64,000 nt of DNA, from the NCBI RefSeq assembly GCF_006345805.1, contig NW_021836316.1, forward strand, positions 3,515 through 67,514, in the 5' to 3' direction. Both the position numbers and the translations under genes were made by a program. Positions within the stretch are counted from its first letter, which is position 1; every line of letters starts with the position of its first letter. This document shows, one piece after another, positions 28,746-42,175 of this stretch. Source of the stretch: Octopus sinensis (lineage: Eukaryota). The notes under the pieces are model-generated. The model was not told where the DNA came from. It searched no databases and was given only the letters and a program-made list of their open reading frames with translations.

Positions 28746-28882
28746 GTCGATTATATCGACCACAGTGTTTCACTGGTATTCAATTTATCGACCACGAAAT
28801 GATTAAAGGCAAAGTCGACCTCGGCGGAATAACCTAAATCATTTCGCCCGGCGTGCTAACGATTCTGCCAACTCGCCGCCTT
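28746..28882 (-). mobile_element. SINE family A, internally deleted
   Basis: GGCAAAGTCGACCTCGGCGGAAT...CATTTCGCCCGGCGTGCTAACG...CTCGCCGCC. Confidence 0.8.
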
Positions 28883-28980
28883 GTATAATAATAATAATAA
28901 TAATAATAATACAACCATTAAAACTACTATTAATTCTATAACAACGCCAACAACAACAGCAACTACTACTACTGCTACTG

Positions 28981-29021
<41 letters not shown>

Positions 29022-29529
29022 GATGATGATCATCATCCTGTTTGTCTCCGCGATCCTTACACAAGAAAAGGACTTCCTTGAGTATCTCGTGTATTTAATA
29101 ATTCTTTCTGCACATATCACAAAACTTGAAATATTGTAAGCGGAGTGGGGCTAGTAGGTTACGGAGTTACCAGTGCTCAGCCGGTACGTATATCATCGCA
29201 CCTGGGCAGCAATCGAGCCGAAATCGTAAAATCCCGGAAGAAATGCCTCTTAGCATTTCCTCCGATGCGGTAGCAGTTCTGCTAGCTCCCTGCTTCCTTG
29301 TATGTAATAATCCTTTTTACTAAAGGCAAAAGGTCTTAACTTTTGGGGACGGAGACTAGTCGATTTCATCGATCCCAATGTTTCACTGGTACTTAATTTA
29401 TCGACCCGAAAGGACGAAGGTCAGAGTTGAACTCAGAACGTAGAAGCAGACGAAATACCGCTACCTCCTGTCATCTTCTGTCGTGGTATATTTCAGCTGG
29501 ATTTACTTACAGAACTCACAGCGTCAGCT

Positions 29530-29905
29530 GGGTTAATTATAATTAAGTAAGGAGAAGATGGATTTGCCTAGTATACTTAAAATTAGATGGCCCAACCACA
29601 TAAGCAATATGGAGCTATGGCAAAGAACAAATGACGTTTCGATTTAAGAAAAAGTGGAAGTAGATTGGAAGCACAATTAAAAAACACACACCAAATGTAG
29701 CCAAAAGTGTTTTACAGTGGAGACCGGATGGATATAGAAGGAGAGGTAGGCCTAAGAGCTCGTGGCGGAGATCAACACAAAAGGAACTAGAGAAAGGGGG
29801 ACATTCATGGCAGAGTATAAGTACAGAAGTGAAAAATTATGCCACATGGAATTCAACTGTAAGTGGCCTATACTCCGCGCTGGAGAGTCAAAGGCATAAA
29901 GAAGA
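29530..29905 (+). mobile_element. RTE-clade LINE 3' fragment
   Basis: IRWPNHISNMELWQRT ... QWRPDGYRRRGRPKSSWRRS. Confidence 0.8.
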
Positions 29906-29994
29906 AAAGAAGATGGATTTGGTATTCAATTTTATTCTGTACGACGTTCGTTTACATCCAAAGATGACGCTGCGGCACACGAAAGATTTTGTGT

Positions 29995-30521
29995 TGCCAT
30001 GTTGTTATATGCCCGTCTAGTTAGGGACTGTTTAAGTATACATAGAGAATACCAAACTCATTCCCTATGGATACCGTATTTATTACAACGAGTGGCTTGT
30101 AAACGTATCCACGAGTTGTAATAAATACGGTATCCATAGGGAATGAGTTTGGTATTTTATTTATTACACACGAATAAACGACCATATTTTATTAACCCAA
30201 GAACTAAATTCTTCACGTTTAGTTGTAACTTATGAATGACAAAAGTAGTGCCGTCACCGTGACCTCGGGTCATCACCATGGATTGACCAATCAGAAGCAG
30301 CGCTGTCACCGTGACCTCGGGTCATCACCATGGATTGACCAATCAGAAGCAGCGCTCGCAGTATCTGACATATGTTAGATACCAAAAATATCTCTCAGTG
30401 TTCTCACTCACATGTGTGTAATAATTATATTTAGATTCCAACTTTTGGATATACATTCGTACATACATCAACCCCAGTTGCTAACCGTGTACTAACTAGA
30501 CGGGCATATAACAAAATGGCA
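29995..30521. mobile_element. Unclassified non-autonomous DNA element (Crypton-like architecture, tentative)
   Basis: 30-bp outer inverted repeats (29995-30024 / 30492-30521, 1 mismatch), perfect 42-bp hairpin (30048-30089 / 30115-30156), 2 x 52-bp tandem repeat with CCAAT (30253-30356). The class assignment is inference. Confidence 0.6.
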
Positions 30522-31680
30522 GCCGACACTCAAGATCTTTAGCGAGACACAACTTTATCTTTGGTTGTAAACGAACGTTGCACGTAACAAAATTTAATAC
30601 CAAATCCATTTTTTCATTACTTAATTATATTTATATATATGTACATATATGTGTGCGTGAGTGTGTGTACACATATATGTACATATATGTGTGTGTGTGT
30701 ATAAGCTATTTAGTGGTGCATCTTAAAGTAAATACAGCTCTAATTAATAATCAACACTACATCAAGCTAATATGGTGCTATTAGTAGCAGGTTTTCCCTG
30801 GTTACATAATTCGTCTTTCGTTTGTAGGTTTCTATTTTCGTTTTCCGTGCGCGATACATTTTATTCAATACAAGTTATTATTTATAATTTCCATTGCTTC
30901 GAGGAACAACATTAAATGAGTTATTTTCATATTTTTCAATGCTTTGACATTTCGATTCTGAATATAAACATACCTACACACATACGCACCGAACCACACA
31001 CACAAACACATAAGAGCTCGTATCGCTTTATCGGTCTGTCTCTCTATCTCTCTCTCATTCGCTCTATTTATATATATATATTATATATATATATTATATA
31101 TATATTATATATATATATATGCTTAATTCTCCTATATGTCGCAAACAATATATTATAAATATTAGTTGTAATGTGGAAAAAACAACTGAAAAAAGTATAA
31201 AGCAAGAATATTGAAAAATCATCACATCCGAATTTTTAACAAGTTATTTCTTCATTTGTTCTTCTAGTGTAGTGATTTTTCTTTATCTAAGTATATAAAT
31301 GTAAATATATCACGTCTTCACTCTTCGGTTGTATACACACGTCTCACACTCAGAAACAAAGCGGCTTTTCAGAAAATTTGAATGTATTTCTTTTTAAGTT
31401 TAATCAACAATATCAAATATTAAGACATGTATAGACATTAGGCGTTACTAAGACAAGCAGCTGACTAGACAGAAATGTGTGAATGATTTAGTAATTTTCT
31501 CCAGGATATTACTCACGTATTTGAAGTGACAGACCAGCGACTGGGAAGTTCTGAAGTATGATAATAAAGGATGAATAATGATTAATGTGATACATCTTAA
31601 GTCATCCAGTTTGAGTGAGAGTGTAGTCTATTATTACGGCATCAGTGTTTACATACTAGCAGTTACTTTGAGGGCATTTA

Positions 31681-32867
31681 CTAGGGTCGGTTGAAAAGGT
31701 CATAATCTGACCAATATATTCTTGTATAATGTGATCAAATGAGGTTTATTTTTGCACATTGTGTTGACAGCCTTGCTTTCCACATACTTCTTCCTTCGGT
31801 GTTGCATTGTTTGAATCCGACTGAGGAAGAAGCTCTTCCCCTGTCGATCAAAAACGTCATCAACAGCAGATATGACATCGCCATCACTGAGATAATGGTT
31901 CCCAACCAAATGATTCTTCCTTATGATAACGAGATAGAGCCAAATTGGGTGAAAAGGGAGAATGATCCACCAGTTGAAAGCTAGTCATGCACAGCAGCCA
32001 TTGGAACCAAGGACGTGTGAAACAAATTCTCTTGCGTCAGTTTTCTAGATGTTTGGGCTTCATAGGCTTTTGTACCTGCCTCAGCAAGTTGGTATTGTAC
32101 CATCCCAAACATTAAGGCCAACAACTTCCCTGCACATGAAACAACCTTAGGCATCTTAGGAGTAGGTGAGAAGGAGTGTTACCATTGCATTGATTGTCTC
32201 CTTGTCCCTGGCTCAAAGTGAAGAGCCCAACAATTATCCTGAGTTAGGAAACTGTCAAGGATACTGACTCAAACAATGTCAAATTTTCCCGTGATAAGCC
32301 TAGTGCGCTTTTGCTCAGGTGTTAGAAAACATGGTACACACCGAGGCGAGAAATCATCGACATGTCAAGTTCCTTGTGCAGAATATTTTCAACTCTCCCA
32401 AGGGATATGCTCGTAGCATTAGCTTTTTTGATTTATTATCAATTGCCTCTCATCCATCACCAAGTAGTGTAATCAATGATTACGTTCCTAGCAATTGCAG
32501 GACGTCCGAACCTTGGGTCATCTTCGAGACTCTCCCATCCCCTCCTCAATTCAGTTTTCCCCTTTTACACTGTTGACTAAGTTGGAGCGTCATCCTCCAA
32601 TGTAGCAATTATATCAACATGAATGTACTCGGGGGTTAAACCCATTTTCTGCAGGTACTTGATAACACAACGTTGCCAAACTTTGTCCATTCTTAAGAGA
32701 TGCCACTACTATTTACTTTTGAAATATTCGAGCAGTCAGATGTAAACTTACCTGGATAGAAGCAATACAGTTATTAATAAGAAGGGTTGAAATTAATGAA
32801 TGCAAGATTTCATAGTTTTAGCATCAATTCTTCATGGTCAGCCTCTGAAATGTTCAGCCCATCGAGG
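31681..32867 (-). mobile_element. Near full-length degenerate mariner (Tc1/mariner) transposon
   Basis: N-terminus MDKVWQRCVIKYLQKMGLTP, HSPFSPNLA (YSPDLAP motif), C-terminus HY.SDGDVISAV. Degenerate TIRs with flanking TA. Confidence 0.88.
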
Positions 32868-33161
32868 TAAATTCAAATCGTAAACGTATGGTTTTAATCA
32901 CCGAATGGCATTTTGACATGCTCTTTGCTGATTTAGCCAAGCTCACATTCATTAAAATAGTGAATTAAAGACGAACGTCTGACAACTTCGCTCAGCTTTG
33001 CGAATAGAAACAGGTTAATGTATTTCATGCTATTCCGAAATTCCGTAAAAGAAGATAAGGTAACATTACATGCTTTGCGCCTGAAGAATATATTTGAGTT
33101 CTCTCAAAATATGAAACTATTCGTAGCGCTTTAATACATGGATTGAGACCTTAAATAAAAA

Positions 33162-33164
<3 letters not shown>

Positions 33165-33224
<60 letters not shown>

Positions 33225-34049
33225 CGTGTGTGTGTACATACATACATACATACATACATACATACTTAATACATATTTTAAAGATTAAAACTGCAGTTGA
33301 GAAAAGCTAGCTAAATATTGTAAAAGATGTGTTTGTATCATGAGTATTCGTGCTGGATACTAAATTGCCGACATCATGAAACTGCTGCTTAATGTTCTGC
33401 GAACATCGTAAAATGTTACCATGACAGCGGCATCACAAGATCTTGGGGCCGTGAAATTTACGTATTGCGGTTAATATTCTTTTTATCTATATGTAATTTT
33501 GTATACGAAGATTGTTATGACTGAATGCTTAAAGACTTCACTGCAGAAGCATAAGCTCTCGGTTTCAATATCACTGGGTGGCTTGGTGAGTAGGTGCACT
33601 AACATAACTTTCACTTAATCGAAATCTTGTGAGTGACGTTGGTTACATGGAAATTGTGAACCGTGCCCTTAATGCAAATGGCGTAGCCTTGTCACAGTAA
33701 AATACGATTTCTATAAGGACTCAAGTATTTTTCAAATTACTGGAGAATGTTCAGGGTATTCGATTCGTCCCTGAAGTGATTAAATCAGGTGGAAACATCA
33801 TGTCTAGCGATCCACCAGGCTTCAGTTGAGACTTATCACATTTACAGCTCTGAAAATTTTCAGAAAAATTTTCCCTGAGAGAAAATATTGCAGCTCGTGA
33901 CATTCCACGTTTGCAAACAAATTATAAATATTCTACACGTCAGTATACACATGTACACATAGATAGAAAGACGCACACATGTAAGCATATATTCACAGAC
34001 ATATATACATACATGCTTACACACACACACACACACACGCGCACACACA

Positions 34050-34109
<60 letters not shown>

Positions 34110-34138
34110 GATAGATAGATAGATACATATAAATATAT

Positions 34139-34217
<79 letters not shown>

Positions 34218-35151
34218 CATATATATATACATGTATATTGTATATATACATATATCTATATATATACATATATATATATATGTATATATATGTGTATATA
34301 TATATACATATACATATATACATATATATATATATACATATATATATATACTCTTTACTCTTTTACTCTTTACTCTTTTACTTGTTTCAGTCATCTGACT
34401 GCGGCCATGCTGGAGCACCACCTTTTAGTACTTATTCTATCGGTCTCTTTTTTTTGCCGAACCGCTAAGTGACGGGGACGTAAACACACCAGCATCGGTT
34501 GTCAAGCAATGCTAGGGGGACAAACAGACACACAAACACACACACATATACATATATATACATATATACGACAGGTTTCTTTCAGTTTCCGTCTACCAAA
34601 TCCACTCACAAGGCATTGGTCGGCCCGGGGCTATAGCAGAAGACACTTGCCCAAGATGCCACGCAGTGGGACTGAACCCGCAACTGTGTGGTTGGTTAGC
34701 AAGCTACTTACCACACAGCCACTCCCGCGCCTAAGGAGTATATATTATGTACATATATATATATATATATATACACGCACACATGTATGAAGAGGGATTT
34801 AGAAGGCCCTAGTAAAGCAGTTTGGAATATATTGCGTAACAGAAAGAGTAAGAGATTAAGCATTTAGCTAAATCCCTTATTAAATATAAGTATTTCTAGA
34901 TTTTTTTGTTTGTTTTTGTTTTTACCAAAACCAATTCGAATTCCTGCATTACCGAATGACTGATATATGTATCTCGTTTGCATGGGCAAATCAGTTCGTT
35001 CGGTATGAGCATTTACAGTGAGCTACTGAAATGGAAGATTCTACTTAGATTGCATGCTGCGATAATGCACAAAATTTTATGTATAGATGGGATAGATAGA
35101 TTAAATTTCCGCAGCGTGTGTTGAGCTTTCGAAATTACTTGACTGAATATA

Positions 35152-35245
<94 letters not shown>

Positions 35246-35569
35246 GTGCATATTCACAGACCTTCAAATGTAATTACATACATGCACGCACACACACACA
35301 GACACACATACATTTACACACGTGGTTACATAAACGGTCACATGCACAAACTAACACATAAAGAAACACACATGTATTGCGTGGTATTGGTATTAAGAAT
35401 GACGTAATATGAAGCAAAATGTATAGATTACTCAATGCATCAAGTTGAGTATAATGTTGGACGAGATTATTTAAAAGCTGCTCACGCACACACCCCGCAT
35501 ATAGTATACACGCATTTCTAAATGAATTGCGCGTACTTTTAAACTTCATTACCCGCTTATATATATATA

Positions 35570-35607
<38 letters not shown>

Positions 35608-35667
35608 CCCTCCCACATACACACACAGCACAAACACATACATGCACACACACAAATACATACACGC

Positions 35668-35751
<84 letters not shown>

Positions 35752-35953
35752 GACGATTGTATACAAATTCTTTCAAATTTTAACATCTCTACTTTTAACA
35801 AATTTGTTGAGTTATATGGGATACCTTTCCATAAATTCCCATCAGAAACACACATACATACACACTAAATATACATGTATATATACATATACATATATAT
35901 ATACATATATGCATACATACATACATACATACATACATACATACATACATACA

Positions 35954-35986
<33 letters not shown>

Positions 35987-36040
35987 GTATATATGTATGT
36001 ATGCATGTATGTATATATATATATATATATATATATAGAT

Positions 36041-36071
<31 letters not shown>

Positions 36072-36110
36072 TATACACATATATACATGACATATATATG
36101 TATGCGTGTG
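33165..36110. repeat. Cluster of (TA)n, (CA)n, (TACA)n and (GATA)n microsatellites
   Basis: Direct reading; the interval also contains the SINE at 34350. Confidence 0.85.
34350..34732 (-). mobile_element. SINE family C, full length
   Basis: Same head, body and (AGAGTAAA)n tail as other C copies. Confidence 0.9.
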
Positions 36111-36214
36111 CGTGGGTGTATGTGCATACAAACACATATACGCACATATATATTCTCATTCAATATGCTACTAGTTTCACCTCGTGTGATACATTCAATT
36201 TAGAGTCATATGGT

Positions 36215-36445
36215 TTCTACTGCTGCTGCAGGCCGACCAGTACCATGTGAATGGATTCATTAGATGGAAACGATGCAGAAGCTCGTGTTTGTTCCACCAT
36301 CACCGCTTGGCAATCGGTGTTGGTGTGTTTGGGTCAATGTAGCCTAGCGGTTCGGCAAAAAGAACGATATAATGAGGACTAGGATTTAAAGCTAAGTACT
36401 TGAGGGTCGATTTGTTCGACTAAAAAAATAAAATTCTTTAAGATG
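36215..36445 (+). mobile_element. Old degenerate SINE family C-related copy
   Basis: GCAATCGGTGTTGGTGTGTTT...TAGCGGTTCGGCAAAA...GGTCGATTTGTTCGACTAAA. Confidence 0.6.
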
Positions 36446-36532
36446 GTGTAAATTAAAGACACAAATGATGAATGCATATACATACATAAGCACACGCATA
36501 CAATACGCACACACATACACACACACTCACAA

Positions 36533-36564
<32 letters not shown>

Positions 36565-36568
36565 CTTT

Positions 36569-36624
<56 letters not shown>

Positions 36625-36651
36625 ATATCTATCTGTCTGTTTATCTATCTG

Positions 36652-36691
<40 letters not shown>

Positions 36692-37241
36692 ATCTACTAT
36701 TCCGTGATAGAAAATTCAACAAAAAATGTACTCCATCTGGTGAGAGATATCATTTATTTAAAGGTCACAGTACATATATTGAAGCGCTACTAATAGTTTC
36801 ATATATCAAGGAAACTTAAACATATTCTTCAGGCGCAAACCACAAATCAAAACAAATTAAAAAAATATATGAATAATAGAAGAAACGTGAAATAAGTGAG
36901 AAGGCAGTACCATCTTTTCTGTAAACATGGCTACGTGAATTTCTCCCAAACAATTCAATTTTCGACTCGTCTGTACATAGAACATTTTCCCAGAATCTAT
37001 CAGGTTTATCTTTATGTTCATAAACAAATTCTGTACGAATACTTTTTTCATCCCTAAATATTTATGATTGTATATAAATTCCTAAGTTATAATAATTTAT
37101 TATTTTCTTTGGCATATTCTTAGTTTATGCATGTGTATGCAAATATAGTATTGGTATATCCCATTTATGTTCATTAGAAATTAAATAAATAAAGAATTTT
37201 GACGTGTACGAATATTTATTTCCCCCAACTGTATATATTAC

Positions 37242-37383
37242 TCAAGGTGGTGCCCACGCTAGGGCACCGCCTTGAATAATTAGTCGAAGGAATCGATCCC
37301 AGTACATCCGTCTCTATCCATATATATAGATAGAGAGAGAAGTACTGGAACCGATTCCTTCGACTAATTATTCAAGGTAGTGC
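37242..37383. repeat. Nested inverted repeats derived from a SINE C 3' segment
   Basis: 42-bp arms at 37264-37305 / 37342-37383 and a 14-bp hairpin at 37242-37275. Confidence 0.8.
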
Positions 37384-37479
37384 CCCAGCGTGGCCGCAGT
37401 ATAATGACTGAAACAAGCAAATGAATAAAATAAAAGAATATGTTGCATCAGCATGACCGCAGAATAAAAGAATATATAT

Positions 37480-37920
37480 AGGCTCAGGAGTGGCTGTATG
37501 GTAAGTGGCTTGCTTACCAAGTACATGGTTCCTGGTTCAATCTCACTGCAGGGAACTATGCGCAAGTGTCTTCTGCTATAGCCACAGTCAGACCAAAGCC
37601 TTGTGAATGGAATTGGTAGACGGAAACTAGAAGAAGCCCGTCGTATATAAATATATATATATATGTATATATACATATGTGTGTGTGTGTGTGTGTGAGC
37701 GTGTGTGTATGTATTTTTGCCTCTGTGTTTGTCCCCCACCATCACCTGACAACCGGTGTTGGTGTGTTTACGTCCCCTTAACTTAGCGGTGGGGGCAGTT
37801 CACACCGACAGAATAAGTACTAGACTTACAAAGAATAAGTTGTAGGATTGATTTGTCGGACTAAAGGCTGTGCTCTAGCATGGCCCCAGTCGAATGACTG
37901 AAACAAGTATAAGAAAGAAT
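37480..37920 (+). mobile_element. SINE family C, diverged
   Basis: AGGCTCAGGAGTGGCTGTATGGTAAG head through AATGACTGAAACAAGT tail. Confidence 0.85.
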
Positions 37921-38959
37921 ACACTCACACACACAAACACACACACATATATATATTCACATACATTATATATCTGGGAAGAGCTGCGGCGAATATAGTA
38001 GCATTTCTTTTTTTATTTTTAGGTATTTTAAGTCATTGAATTAATATCCTACTCAATTAACCAAATGTAAGTAGCATTATTTTATTATTCAAAAATCTTT
38101 TGAAATTTCTCAACACCCTTTCCCCTTTATGCGTCGCAGAAATTCTAAGAATGTATGAAGCTGTTCGTGGTCGATAGAGCTGATGAAAATATCAAAGAAA
38201 TACCGAAGTGGATGGGTGAAGATCAAAATTGGAATTTTTCAAAGTAGTATCTATAAACGAAAATTGTCTATCTATCTATCTATCTATCTGTCTGTCTGCC
38301 TGCCTGCTTCTTCCCCCCTCTCTCTCTAACTATCTATCTCTTTCCATCTCTCTATCTATCGTGTGTGTAGGTGTGTGCATGAGTATTTCCATAGATATTT
38401 ATACATAGTTTCTGATATCTATCTACATGCTTACACACTCACATACACACACTCACATACACACATGCACACATGCACACACACACGTACACGGTTATAT
38501 AAGTTATGAGAAACAGAGGTGTACATATGATGCAATTGCGCCATTTCTGCATTACACGTCTGAAAGTCAAGCTGTCTCAATATGCCATGGATCTGATAAT
38601 AAAACAATACAGCAGACATTCTGAACTTTCTTAATAGCATTTTTGTCTGATACAGACAAGGGAATCTAAAATAATAGCTGTTATTTTTCCAATATAGAGT
38701 TGCATCATAAAGCATCACATCTGCGTCGATTCATATCCACATTTTTATGTGAATCTGAAACATTTTTTTCTATGATTTCCTTCCATAAAATTATTTTTCA
38801 CGAAATCTGACTTGGTGCCTTCAGAAATGAAATCTTTATATGCATTGTAAAGCAGTTGAATTAGGAAAAAATTAAATTGGCGATATTGTTACTCTTTGGT
38901 CTCTTGTTAGATCAAATCAAACAAATTCTATGAATAAAATTATTCCAGTCATGTCATTC

Positions 38960-39460
38960 ATGTGTTATTAGGAGAACCGCGAAGTAATGAAGTATTTTTA
39001 AGCAAAGCAAATAGTCTGTCGTTACACCATTAATGGATCCACGTCAGTGTATTGGGGATTTGTTCTGGACGCTTAATAAACCATTGTCTGCAGTGGAAGA
39101 TCCTTTTAATTAGATGGGTGAAGTGTATAAAAAGAGGAAGAGAAAGGTCATCTTGCAACAGGATAATGCAAGGTCATATGCAGGAAAAGATAAGTTCTTT
39201 AAGCTGGGAAGTTCTACCTCACCCTCCTTACTCTCCAGACCTAGCTCCATCAGACCTTCACTTATTTTAGCCACTTGAACACCTTACCAATAGGGGAGAA
39301 AAAAAAGCTTTCAGGGCCGTGATGTTGTCGAAACAGAATTTCACACATTTTTATTTTCTTCTAAGGAACGCTAAAGTTTCTTTCTCCTCGTAGAATCGAA
39401 AACTGGTTTTGAGGTGGGGAAATATTATTCCTAACGTGTCGATCATTTTCAATAAATGGA
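38960..39460 (+). mobile_element. Mariner transposase catalytic/C-terminal fragment
   Basis: KVILQQDNAR and WEVLPHPPYSPDLAPSDLHLF. Confidence 0.85.
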
Positions 39461-39509
39461 TTATATATCATATATACGATGTGTTCTATGTTTATTTGAA
39501 CTCAAGATT

Positions 39510-40358
39510 CGAGATGCGTCCAAGAAGTATACGACTTCATTTTTTCTCGCCAAAGTTAATGCTACGAGTATAAAATATTTTGGGTAGATGACACCGCTCT
39601 TCCTGAGCATGCGTGAAAATTTTCACGTCGTATCAGTTCCTGTCTGTTACACCTAGAGTATAGAAGTGTAGTGCGTGGTCGTCGGATTTTTGCCTTCACC
39701 GAACACTTCGAGCAGAGATACCTTATCAGGTTTTGCCAAAAGCTCAAAACATCCAGAAAATTCAGTAAAATTTTGGCGACGATGCCATGGAAAAATCTCA
39801 GATCAAGGAGAGGTACAACTGCTTCAAACATGGCTGCACCTTAGTGGAGAGTGAGGCACACTCAAGCAGGCCATCCACAAGCTGAAACGAGGAGGTTCAG
39901 CGAATAGTTATGGAAGACCGTGTAACATACCTTGAAATTGCTCACAAAGCTGTACTAAGCACACCACCAGTACATTCCATTTTAGCAGGCTGTTTCGCAC
40001 CGAAAGTTGCTGGCGGAGCAGAAGAAACAACTCTGCTTGGAAATCGCTCAGAACATGCTGGACAGTTGAAACTGAGACCCAGACTTAATGAAGACCATCA
40101 TCACTGGTGATGAGATATCCGTTTATTGTATCTTCTCGTTGCGTTCTGTCATCTTGCGTGGAAACCGAAATACGACGAGCACACACTACACGTCTGTACT
40201 CTAGGCGTAACAGCCGGGAGACGACGCGTTCTACCGACGAGAAAATTTTCACGCATGTGCAGGAAGAATGACGCCATCTCTCACTTTAAGGATTTTTGTT
40301 TTGCGTTATTAATTTTGCCGGCAAAAAATAATATCGGACACTTTTTGAACATACCTCG
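39510..40358 (+). mobile_element. Internally deleted mariner with long (~180 bp) imperfect terminal inverted repeats
   Basis: EQRYLIRFCQKL N-terminus and a degenerate IITGDE region. Ends CGAGATGCGTCCAAGAAG / CTTTTTGAACATACCTCG|TA. Subterminal CATGCGTGAAAATTTTC is present on both ends, inverted. Confidence 0.85.
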
Positions 40359-40984
40359 TAAGAAATGTCACGTTACTTTTCTGTACGCTTAATATTTTCA
40401 CCCAACGTAACCGTGATATCATTTACTGATGTGTGCGACCATTTTATGACGTTTACGTGTATTATTCGGTTAAGATTTGGGTTATAGTTTATAAAAGATC
40501 ATTTTATAATTAGAAGTTTTGCCGTTGGCTCTAAAACATTTTATGGATGATTTTTAAGTATCAGGAGATTGCGGAAACAGAATTCTTTCTGGTTGTAAGA
40601 TTTCCAATTCAGTTGCGCTTGTCTTATAATTTTATTGTTTTGAATCTGCTAAAATAATTACTAGTGAACTACAGATATTGGTATGAAGATTATACATCCC
40701 AGCAAAGTAGGTAAAAATACCTAATTCTGCTTGAGTCTACATACATTCTGTTAAACAGAAATGAAATTTTGTAGCACCGAAAAAATACGTAATCACAATT
40801 TTACCTCTGTTGATTTCAGCGTTGATGTCTTTATATGTGGTTGAATAAGGAGTCAAATGCCAATCATCTTTTCACATGAAATTACTAATTATTACCAGAA
40901 ACAGCAGATATCATGTAAAGTGGTATGGCTGAAGCAAAATAAAATTATCTTCAATACCATCTGTTAGGTTTTTGTTTGCTAGGT

Positions 40985-41185
40985 ACAGGTATGACTTTGT
41001 AGTAAGGTGTTTGCTTCCTAATCAGATGACTCCAGGTTTAGTACCACTGCTTGTCAACTGATGTGTACGACCATTTTATGACGTTTACCAGTATTATTCG
41101 GTTAAGATTTGGGTTATAGTTCTACTATAGTCTTGCGCCGACCAAATCCTTGTGAGTGGATTTGGTAAACGGAAACTTTAAAAAA
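40985..41185 (+). mobile_element. Degenerate SINE C 5' part interrupted by a 65-bp locally templated insert
   Basis: GTACCACTGCTTGTCA|insert|TCTACTATAG. The insert matches 40425-40489. Confidence 0.7.
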
Positions 41186-41289
41186 AGCCCTCACATATAT
41201 ATGTATATATATTTATAGAAATTCGGGGTGAGTACTTGATAATTATAAGCACATGTGTATACCGTTTGGTGGTGTAGGTGGTGGAGTAA

Positions 41290-41537
41290 ATTGATCAAAA
41301 TAAAAATAAAAATAAAAACATGAGGCGAAGGATTCAGCGGTACATATGTTTCGGGCCTTTATTAGACAGATTCATAACAAATCATAATGTATGTCTGTGG
41401 CCTTCTTCAGCCGCAGCTGAAGAAGGCCACAGACATACATTATGATTTGTTATGAATCTGTCTAATAAAGGCCCGAAACATATGTACCGCTGAATCCTTC
41501 GCCTCATGTTTTTATTTTTATTTTTATTTTGATCAAT
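41290..41537. repeat. Perfect palindrome: 122-bp arms, 4-nt loop (41412-41415)
   Basis: Arms 41290-41411 and 41416-41537 read as exact reverse complements. Confidence 0.95.
41337..41414 (-). ncRNA. Type I hammerhead motif in the left palindrome arm
   Basis: Minus strand GCGG-CTGAAGA-AGGCC[long loop]GGCCC-GAAA-CATATG-TA-CCGC. Stem I 4 bp, palindromic stem III ACATATGT, first stem II pair mismatched (A:C). Confidence 0.7.
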
Positions 41538-42175
41538 ATATATATTTATATATATATGAGTTTTTTTCCCACCAATGCGGTGATGAGCACTCATTCTCGT
41601 CGTTCGAGATATACACTTATATATTCATGTTTGTGTGTGTGTCTATGTTTGTGTGTACGTGTGTGTCTGTGTCACCACCACTTGACAACTTCTTGACTGA
41701 TTGGTTCGACAAAAGAGACCGATAGGATTATTACCAAGATTAAAACTAAAAGTACTGGGGACGACTCGTTCGACGAAAAATTCTCAATTCTCAAGGAAGT
41801 GCCCCAACATGGCTACATAAAATATCATATTTTTGCATATAGCGATGTATGACATTAGGTTGCATCGTGGGGAGATAAATAATCTTTGATATTGATAGAA
41901 GTTAGATTAGGGCTACACTTTTTATGAATAACAGAAGAGATTTATAGACTTCTTTCTCAAATGCTGCAAGGGTTTAATGATTAGAAGTTAGCAGTGATTT
42001 ATATATGAAATTAGACCGAAGAAGATGTTTGAACGAGTTTGGTTGTATGCATATCTGGTTATATTTATGGTTATGTTCGTTTTCGTCTGTGTAGGGACGT
42101 TTGTGTGAACTTATGGGCGAACGTCTATTTATGTATGGGAAAGGTGTGCCATGGTAATTCAAAAACGCAAATGAA

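Noticed and set aside
30253-30356. CRISPR-like repeat
   Set aside because: Two adjacent units with no spacers in a eukaryotic context; it is a simple tandem duplication
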